From Candidatus Methanoperedens sp. (lineage in GTDB: Archaea; Halobacteriota; Methanosarcinia; Methanosarcinales; Methanoperedenaceae), in assembly GCA_041494705.1 (NCBI GenBank), contig JBGQBI010000001.1, positions 330,001 to 362,000 on the forward strand: DNA of 32,000 nucleotides, in the 5' to 3' direction. Below are positions 11,080-17,488 of this stretch, in pieces (within the stretch, counting starts at the first letter, position 1; each line of letters begins with the position of its first letter). The notes under the pieces were generated by a model. That model saw only the letters and a list, made by a program, of their open reading frames with translations. It searched no databases and was not told the origin of the DNA. Position numbers and translations under genes: made by a program.

Positions 11080-12371
11080 AGCTCCTAAGCTCAGAAACTG
11101 CAGCGTCTGAAGTCATAGGTCATCTCCTTATCCTGTTCATTACTATTCTCGGAGTTGGCATGATAGCCCTGTACGGCGTGCCTGCGATTTACAGTCTTGA
11201 GGATATGGCAAATTCCAAGAATTCGGAACAGGCATTTACTGTCCTTGACTCGCGGGCGAGCAGGGTAACGCTGGGTGAGTCGCCGCTTCAGGTAACAAAT
11301 ATTAATCTCGGAGGGGGCACGGTGACGGTTGAGCCGAACAGCCCAAACAATCCGAGTTTCATGGTCGTAAATATCAATAATACTCCAATCACCGTGCCAA
11401 TGGGACGGGTAAAATATACTCTTGGGGACAGGATAGTCGCTTACGAGGGCGGCGGGGTATGGGCGCAATATCCGGGCGGGGGAACCGTTATGCTTTCTCC
11501 ACCTGAAATACATTATAACGGCTGGACATTAACACTCCCTGTAATTAATATCAATGGCAGTGCGTCTGTCGGGGGAAAGGGGACTGCGGTAGTTTCTTTC
11601 AAGAAAGTGGCAACAATAATACAGTATCCTAATGCAAGTATCGCAGGAAGGATGAACCCCGTTAACGGCAGTAAAACTGGAAAAGTCAATCTAAATATCA
11701 CGAGTGATTATTATAAGGCATGGGCTGACTATGCGAGAACCCTCAGTTATACAAATGTTTCAGTCAATGATAAGAATAAGACTACTATTATCGAGCTTGA
11801 AGTGATATCCCCGATGGGGACTTTTGTTTCCATACCCGGTAAGATAACTATGAGGGATATCAATACGAGCAACCCGGACCCTTTAATTAAATTTTATTTT
11901 AATATTTCATTTGGTTCAGGTGAAGGTGATAGAAAATGGGAAATTGAGGCAACAAATGGAAACCAAAAACTCGAAATAAAAATTGATAAAGACCATTCTG
12001 ACACTTATATCATAATCGAGTATGATAATGGATCTAAAGAAGAGAAATGGAATCATAAATTATATGATGGTAATCCGCCACCCACAATAAATATTGATCT
12101 CCTAAATCCCAGCATGAATCTTACATACCAAGGCGATGTAACTTCATGTACATGGTCACAACCTTGCAATACAGGAAGTACCAATTATAGTATCAATGAT
12201 ATAATACAGCATTACATCGTGCTTATGGGTTCGGATATTACCTTTGACACTACAGAAAGTGAAAAATTAAATAGACCCTCGTCGTCATATACACTGTTCT
12301 ACGACCCCGGTCCCGGCGCCCTCACCTACCTGCACATCACGGAGAACAGGGCTGACGTGGGGATAAGCTGA
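11076..12371 (+). CDS. Pilin-like protein 6 with a large extra C-terminal region
   Basis: 431 aa. MKLLSSETA/ASEVIGHLLILFITILGVGMIALYG. Blocks IVAYEGGGVWAQYPGGGT and TLPVININGSASVGGKG are paralogous to protein 5. About 190 additional residues are encoded by an AT-rich segment, followed by a GC-rich tail. Confidence 0.7.
   Translation: MKLLSSETAASEVIGHLLILFITILGVGMIALYGVPAIYSLEDMANSKNSEQAFTVLDSRASRVTLGESPLQVTNINLGGGTVTVEPNSPNNPSFMVVNINNTPITVPMGRVKYTLGDRIVAYEGGGVWAQYPGGGTVMLSPPEIHYNGWTLTLPVININGSASVGGKGTAVVSFKKVATIIQYPNASIAGRMNPVNGSKTGKVNLNITSDYYKAWADYARTLSYTNVSVNDKNKTTIIELEVISPMGTFVSIPGKITMRDINTSNPDPLIKFYFNISFGSGEGDRKWEIEATNGNQKLEIKIDKDHSDTYIIIEYDNGSKEEKWNHKLYDGNPPPTINIDLLNPSMNLTYQGDVTSCTWSQPCNTGSTNYSINDIIQHYIVLMGSDITFDTTESEKLNRPSSSYTLFYDPGPGALTYLHITENRADVGIS
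12315..12371 (+). repeat. Direct repeat A: last 18 codons plus stop of pilin-like gene 6
   Basis: 53/57 nt identical to 13011-13067. Both copies translate to GALTYLHITENRADVGIS*. Confidence 0.95.
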
Positions 12372-12446
12372 GCATCTGAAAACTCGCAGGAAGAAGAATA
12401 AGTTACCTTTATAAGAAAATGAACTATTGGAGGGTAGAATGAAAAA

Positions 12447-12748
12447 ATGAACAATAAACAGGAGATAACCTTAAGGCTAAATAATCTCAAACATACAATT
12501 CATGCTCTAAAAGAGGAGGCTTCAGACGGCATAACGGCTGAACAGCTTGAGAATGCTTTAAAATCAGGATTTGAAGTAATCGAAGAATATCCTGACGACC
12601 CAAGAGGAATAAGCTGTTTGTTGCTTTGTTCAATAGCTGGCAAGCCTGTCCATGTTGTCTGCGCCCCCACGAAGATGCGCTGATAATAATCACCGTCTAT
12701 ATGCCAGATGCATCAAAATGGACTGACAATTATAAAAAGAGGAAATAA
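12447..12748 (+). pseudogene. DUF4258-like toxin, disrupted by a frameshift in a C5 run
   Basis: Frame 0 (12447-12683) gives ...EVIEEYPDDPRGISCLLLCSIAGKPVHVVCAPTKMR*. The -1 frame from 12668 continues HEDALIIITVYMPDASKWTDNYKKRK* (stop 12746-12748). That matches my recollection of the C-terminus of DUF4258-family toxins that pair with YgiT/MqsA zinc-finger antitoxins. Confidence 0.6.
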
Positions 12749-12749
12749 A

Positions 12750-12992
12750 ATGAAAACATGCTATATGTGCAAGGGAGAAGTCAAATTATCGCTTGTGGAC
12801 GTGGAGGTTAAGGGCATTGTGGTAAAAGATATACCTGCTGAAGTCTGCACTCGATGCGGAGAGAAATATTTTGATACCAAAACAGCGTCGTTTATTCAGG
12901 ATATAACTGGCTGTATAAATGAGAAAAAGAGAGGATATATCGTAGATATAGTTAGTTCTGCCCGCAGCGTAAAAGATGCGATTGAAGCATAA
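12750..12992 (+). CDS. YgiT/MqsA-type zinc-finger antitoxin-like protein
   Basis: MKTCYMCKGEVKLSLVDVEVKGIVVKDIPAEVCTRCGEKYFD has CxxC...CxxC. ATG 12750 lies 1 nt after the repaired toxin stop. The ORF-track start at 12708 is probably an artefactual extension. Confidence 0.7.
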   Translation: MKTCYMCKGEVKLSLVDVEVKGIVVKDIPAEVCTRCGEKYFDTKTASFIQDITGCINEKKRGYIVDIVSSARSVKDAIEA

Positions 12993-13010
12993 ATTTAAAG
13001 CTGTGCTACA

Positions 13011-13067
13011 GGCGCCCTCACCTACCTGCACATCACAGAGAACAGGGCTGATGTGGGAATTAGCTGA
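13011..13067 (+). repeat. Direct repeat B: orphan copy of the pilin gene 3' end
   Basis: Differs from copy A only at 13037, 13052, 13058 and 13061, all third-codon positions. A stop lies 5 codons upstream in the same frame, so it is not part of a long ORF. Confidence 0.95.
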
Positions 13068-13099
13068 TTAAAAAAAGTATATCCGTTGCAACAAAAAAA

Positions 13100-13582
13100 T
13101 TACAGCGGCTCGGAAAACTCCGAGTCGAATTTACCGCTATTAATAGCTACAATTGCTTCCTTGGGTTTTAAGCCCTCAAAAGTAATCCCAAGCGGGACGC
13201 ATGAGCCAACAACCTCTTTGACAACATTCTTCAATGACTTTGCGAGGGTGTCGTTCTTCTTCATGTGCGCAATCTTTACTGCCTGTTTCACAGTAATATT
13301 GCCCACAGTCTTCGTGTTCGGCGTCCCTGAGCCTGTCTCGATCCCTGCCTCTTTCTTTATGAGTGCTGAAGTCGGCGGGGTTCCAACCTGTATCGTGAAT
13401 TGTTTCTTATCATCCACGATGACTTTAACCGGGACTTGCATTCCGCTGAACGCTTTTGTTTGCTCATTTATCTTATCTATAATCGCTTTTACATTTACGC
13501 CAAGCGGACCGAGTGAAGGACCAAGTGGCGGACCCGGGGTGGCTGAACCGCCGGAGACTAATGCTTCTACAACGCTTACCAT
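13100..13582 (-). CDS. rpl11: 50S ribosomal protein L11 (uL11)
   Basis: 160 aa, VSGGSATPGPPLGPSLGPLGVNVKAIIDKINEQT...GTPPTSALIKKEAG. Confidence 0.95.
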   Translation of the reverse strand: MVSVVEALVSGGSATPGPPLGPSLGPLGVNVKAIIDKINEQTKAFSGMQVPVKVIVDDKKQFTIQVGTPPTSALIKKEAGIETGSGTPNTKTVGNITVKQAVKIAHMKKNDTLAKSLKNVVKEVVGSCVPLGITFEGLKPKEAIVAINSGKFDSEFSEPL

Positions 13583-13603
13583 TTTTGATTTCTCCTATTA
13601 ATA

Positions 13604-14074
13604 TTATTTCTCTGCTTCCTCACGTTTCAATATTCTCACATTATCCCCGCGAACTGTGACCGGAATGGGGACAATCGACTCGAACAGTTCTACGGTAATC
13701 TCTTCATGAGTAGTATCAATCCTTGTTACTTTTGCCTTTTCTCCCTTAAAAGGACCGGAAATAAGTTCCACTATACTTCCTTCGGTTATGCCGGTTACGG
13801 TAAGTTTTGGCACGAGAAAGTGCGCGATTTCGGTAAAACTTGACTGGCCTTTCACCAGGATCCTTGCATGCGGCACGTTCTGGATGACCTGGTCAACGAC
13901 TTCAGGACCTTCTGCCTCGACAAGAACATATCCTTTTAACTCGTCCGGCGCAAGGATGGCATGAATTCCAAGGTGTTCCTTTTTTGCCACTTTCTCCATA
14001 AGGTTGGCAACGGTTCTTTCCTGGTTTGCTGTTGTCTTTACAACATATATGGCTGTTGAGGCTTCTTCATTCAT
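13604..14074 (-). CDS. nusG: Transcription elongation factor Spt5 / NusG
   Basis: 156 aa with an NGN domain (IYVVKTTANQERTVANLM) and a KOW motif (GSIVELISGPFKGEKAKVTRID). Conserved secE-nusG-L11 order. Confidence 0.92.
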   Translation of the reverse strand: MNEEASTAIYVVKTTANQERTVANLMEKVAKKEHLGIHAILAPDELKGYVLVEAEGPEVVDQVIQNVPHARILVKGQSSFTEIAHFLVPKLTVTGITEGSIVELISGPFKGEKAKVTRIDTTHEEITVELFESIVPIPVTVRGDNVRILKREEAEK

Positions 14075-14268
14075 TTAAACCAGCCCGGCATTACGGTTAT
14101 TAGTATATATATGATAAACCCTATAAATCCGACCAATAATATACCTGCCCCGGCTACTTTTGCAATTACGGTAAACTCTTCTCTGGTTGGTTTCCTTGTC
14201 AGCTTCAGCACCCGGACATATTCACCCAATCTTAAGGGAACATTACCTGGTAATTCTTTATCTTCCAC
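14071..14268 (-). CDS. secE: Preprotein translocase subunit SecE / Sec61-gamma
   Basis: 65 aa, YVRVLKLTRKPTREEFTVIAKVAGAGILLVGFIGFIIYIL. 4-nt overlap with nusG. Confidence 0.88.
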   Translation of the reverse strand: MEDKELPGNVPLRLGEYVRVLKLTRKPTREEFTVIAKVAGAGILLVGFIGFIIYILITVMPGWFK

Positions 14269-14444
14269 TATATTTCACATCCGATTTAATTATTGTAATG
14301 ATTTATATAAAAGCTACCCTAAAATAATAGCAGTCTATAATTAGACTCAACGTAAAAATAGTTTTCGATTAAACAGCAGGTCAGGTTTCTTCATACTGCC
14401 TTTACCATATAATATTTAATATTCCCTGACAATAATACGGTTTT

Positions 14445-14795
14445 ATGAAAATCCCCGCGCTCCTGTTAATGATGCTTCTTGTTTCCGGCTGCATAAATGT
14501 AAAACATGAACCAGTTTCTAATAATGCCATCTTTCCAGAATCACCTGTGGTAGATATTGCAAGAGAAGACCTTGCGCATCGATTGAATATCACCACGGAT
14601 GAAATAAAATTGGTCAAACTGGAAGTTGTGAACTGGCGTGATAGCCGTCTTGGTTATCTGGAGATGGATACGACGTATGTCCCAGTGATCACGCCGGGAT
14701 TTCGTATAATACTTGAGGCGATGAACAAAACCTACGAATACCACAGCGACTATAAGCGGGTAGTCGGGCCAAAAGAAGTCAAGGAAGTTCAATAA
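14445..14795 (+). CDS. Hypothetical lipoprotein
   Basis: 116 aa. The signal peptide has a lipobox-like LLVSGC. I recognise no family. The 3' end overlaps the convergent rhomboid gene by 7 nt. Confidence 0.5.
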   Translation: MKIPALLLMMLLVSGCINVKHEPVSNNAIFPESPVVDIAREDLAHRLNITTDEIKLVKLEVVNWRDSRLGYLEMDTTYVPVITPGFRIILEAMNKTYEYHSDYKRVVGPKEVKEVQ

Positions 14796-15601
14796 CCTAT
14801 ATAGGTCCCGGTCTTTTTGATACGGTTGCCAATGATAAGTCCTGCGATTACCCCGCTTAAATGTGCGCTGCGGGCTATCGCATCTCCTGAGCCTATGAAC
14901 AGGAGGTCAAAAAGGGCAAAAAAGATTAACGCGTGTGTTATTTTCATCGGGATAAAATAAACGTAAAGCTGTATTTGCGGAGCGATTACTGCAAGGCAGG
15001 CAAATATCCCGAACAATGCACCGCTTGCCCCGACTGCGGATGCAAAAGGATCATTCAGGACAAACAGAGTCCATATCGAATAACCTATCGCGGCAACTAT
15101 TCCTGAAATAAAAAATACAGCAAGGAACCTTTTTCCGCCAATCCTGCGTTCAAGCTCGGGTCCGATAAAGAATAAAAACATCATGTTAAATAAGAGATGT
15201 ATTGCATTTGCATGGAGGAAAATGTGGGTGACAAGAATCCACGGACGTGCTGGTATATCCGCAGGGTAAAGAGCCAGGTATGAAGTATATCCCGGGATAA
15301 TATTCTGCAAAATGAACGATATGATAGCTAATGTTAAAATCGTCAGCGAATAGTTGCTTTTTATTACAGAAATCGCCCTGGAAAATGTATTAAAACTTTG
15401 CCCCTTTCGTCTCTTCTCAACTAATTGAGGTTCATATTGATACAATTTTCCACTGTCACGAACGCGCTCTTTGTAAGATGCAAGCCCCGGGCAATCATGC
15501 GATTCAGGCAGGCGGTGGTTATAACAGAATGTTCCGCCGCAAAACTTGCATGTAAACGGCAGCGGGTCACTGAAACCGCAATAATCGCATCCTTTTGTCA
15601 T
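14789..15601 (-). CDS. Rhomboid-family intramembrane serine protease with an N-terminal AN1-type zinc finger
   Basis: 270 aa. The AN1 finger is CDYCG...CKFCGGTFCYNHRLPESHDC. Rhomboid motifs are HIFLHANAIHLLFNM, GASGALFG (catalytic Ser) and AHLSGVIAGL (catalytic His). Confidence 0.85.
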   Translation of the reverse strand: MTKGCDYCGFSDPLPFTCKFCGGTFCYNHRLPESHDCPGLASYKERVRDSGKLYQYEPQLVEKRRKGQSFNTFSRAISVIKSNYSLTILTLAIISFILQNIIPGYTSYLALYPADIPARPWILVTHIFLHANAIHLLFNMMFLFFIGPELERRIGGKRFLAVFFISGIVAAIGYSIWTLFVLNDPFASAVGASGALFGIFACLAVIAPQIQLYVYFIPMKITHALIFFALFDLLFIGSGDAIARSAHLSGVIAGLIIGNRIKKTGTYIGY

Positions 15602-15634
15602 TGTGTATCCGCCTTAATTTGGTGTTCTTTTGTT

Positions 15635-16330
15635 TTACGGGTTAATAATGTGTTTGGAAATTATTTCTTTTTTAAAAGTTCCCCTGAAGAATACATAAAC
15701 CTCAATGTCTTTGCCCTGTGCATATTCTCTCATTTTCCTGTCATACATCTGCCGGCTTTGTTTGAGATTATGCTTTTTGAAGTGTTTTTCTATCTCGTGT
15801 ATGAACCCTGATTTTTGCCTCAGGAAATCCGACTCATATTTTTTTACGGATTTCAATATTTCTTTGCACGTTTCCTCGTCTATATCGTTATGGTATAATC
15901 CGTGCCTGTTTAAACCGCCTACCTGCCTGAATTCAATGTTTCCCTCTTCATCCGGTTCCCTGTGAAGCATATAAGGAAAAATTTTGCAAATATCAGGTCG
16001 AATCGCGTAATGTTCGCACTTGCCGCCTGTATAGAATATGCATTCGCCTCCCGGTTTATTTTTGAGGGCGTAACCCATTACATAAAACCTGCCAAGATTA
16101 TCGCAAAGTTCAAAATAAGGCGCAGGGCGAAGAAAGCCGCCGCCGCAATTCTTGATTAATCTTTCTGCATCGTCATCCAGGAGAAATACATGGTCGTTGA
16201 ACTCGCTGGTACAGCATTTTCCGCAGCAATCGCATTCGAATCCAACTTCGCGGATTATCTCCATGAATTTCTCATCAGGGAAGGATGCGATTGATTGTAT
16301 CTCCTTTTCAATTTCGTCGGTTTTCATCAT
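15635..16330 (-). CDS. YkgJ-family cysteine-cluster protein (CxxCxxCC type, putative Fe-S/zinc protein)
   Basis: ECDCCGKCCTSEF plus downstream Cys residues. I place the start at the ATGATG at 16330/16327 (MMKTDEIEKE). The 47-codon upstream extension to 16471 is AT-rich low-complexity and looks like promoter sequence. Confidence 0.65.
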   Translation of the reverse strand: MMKTDEIEKEIQSIASFPDEKFMEIIREVGFECDCCGKCCTSEFNDHVFLLDDDAERLIKNCGGGFLRPAPYFELCDNLGRFYVMGYALKNKPGGECIFYTGGKCEHYAIRPDICKIFPYMLHREPDEEGNIEFRQVGGLNRHGLYHNDIDEETCKEILKSVKKYESDFLRQKSGFIHEIEKHFKKHNLKQSRQMYDRKMREYAQGKDIEVYVFFRGTFKKEIISKHIINP

Positions 16331-16534
16331 AAATGCGATTAATTCAGGATACTTATCATTATTTAATTTATGGATATTCAACTTTCGCAAATGGCCGAAT
16401 GAACACATAAAATAATGATAAAAATAACGATAAATTATATAAAGTATCAGGTAAAAGAGTAATATAATCAAAAACGGGGCAAAAACGGATGTAATAAGGA
16501 TAGGAAAAAAAACATATCAGGCAAGGTATCTCAA

Positions 16535-17488
16535 ATGTTGTCCCCAGGAAAAAACCTGTATTTATTATTGAATAATAAATTTGTATTGATTTTAGTACTT
16601 TTAATCTCATTATTTACTTCGATTGGTTATGCACAAGAGGATATTTCATGCTATCATTGCCATACAAAGGTGGTATCCGAATTCAGGAATAATATACATT
16701 ATCAAAAAGGTTTCACATGCGCCGATTGTCACGGAGGGAATGACCAGTCGAACTCTTCTGTGATATCCTACAGCGTGATGTCAGGAAACTTTATCGGAAG
16801 ACCCAGCAGGAACAATATAACAAACGTCTGCTCTAAATGCCATCCTCAGGAAGCAAAGGATTACAAGACAAGCATTCACTGGGCACAGATCCAAAAAGGT
16901 CATCCTGAGGCTGCAACATGCACCGATTGTCATGGAGTTCATGAAATCCGGGCAATATCCGATCCAAATTCATCCTCGAACCACCAGAACAGCCCTGCAA
17001 CATGCGCAAAATGCCACTCGAACAAGGAAATGATGAGCGCGTGGTATTATGGTATTAAAACCGACAGATTTGATACCTATAAGGAATCGTTCCACTGGCG
17101 GGCACTAAGTAAAGGTTATACGATGGTCGCCACATGTTCCGACTGCCATGGCAACCACAACACAAAAGCAACTACAGACCCTACTTCCAGCACATACCCG
17201 GAAAACCTTCCCAAAACATGCGGCAAGCCGAATTGCCATCCAGGGGTCAATTTTGATGCCAAGATAGCCTCAGGACTGGTACATGACAAAGAGTCACTCC
17301 ATACAGGTGAACTTGTTTTCAACAAGACAAATATGGCGCAGATGAAAGATTATTTCCTCGGCCCTTTCGACCTTGCGTACTGGATAGCAATATTTTTCAA
17401 GGTATTAACGACCGGGGTCATCGGTATCTTTGCAGGGATGGTTATTCTGGATTTTCTCTCGCGGCTTAAAATCCACAAGAGATGGTAA
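16535..17488 (+). CDS. Multihaem c-type cytochrome (6 CXXCH + 1 CX4CH), N-terminal signal/anchor and C-terminal TM helix
   Basis: 317 aa. Motifs are CYHCH, CADCH, CSKCH, CTDCH, CAKCH, CSDCH and CGKPNCH. The repeated H...C.DCHG.H pattern resembles doubled-CXXCH domains. C-terminal YWIAIFFKVLTTGVIGIFAGMVILDFL. Confidence 0.85.
   Translation: MLSPGKNLYLLLNNKFVLILVLLISLFTSIGYAQEDISCYHCHTKVVSEFRNNIHYQKGFTCADCHGGNDQSNSSVISYSVMSGNFIGRPSRNNITNVCSKCHPQEAKDYKTSIHWAQIQKGHPEAATCTDCHGVHEIRAISDPNSSSNHQNSPATCAKCHSNKEMMSAWYYGIKTDRFDTYKESFHWRALSKGYTMVATCSDCHGNHNTKATTDPTSSTYPENLPKTCGKPNCHPGVNFDAKIASGLVHDKESLHTGELVFNKTNMAQMKDYFLGPFDLAYWIAIFFKVLTTGVIGIFAGMVILDFLSRLKIHKRW

Larger units (their letters stand above)
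12372..13010 (+). mobile_element. Putative inserted toxin-antitoxin cassette (639 bp between the two repeat copies); no recombinase present
   Basis: Bounded by the 57-bp direct repeats. Carries its own TATA-like box (TTTATAAG, 12408-12415) and the two TA genes. Confidence 0.4.

Noticed and set aside
13086-13601. 171-aa plus-strand ORF
   Set aside because: It is exactly antisense to the unmistakable L11 gene, with no motifs and no start context.
16331-16471. 47-codon N-terminal extension of the YkgJ-like ORF (MIILLFYLILYIIYRYFYHYF...)
   Set aside because: It is very AT-rich, Tyr/Ile/Leu low-complexity sequence lying in the divergent promoter region. The in-frame ATGATG at 16330 gives a normal N-terminus.
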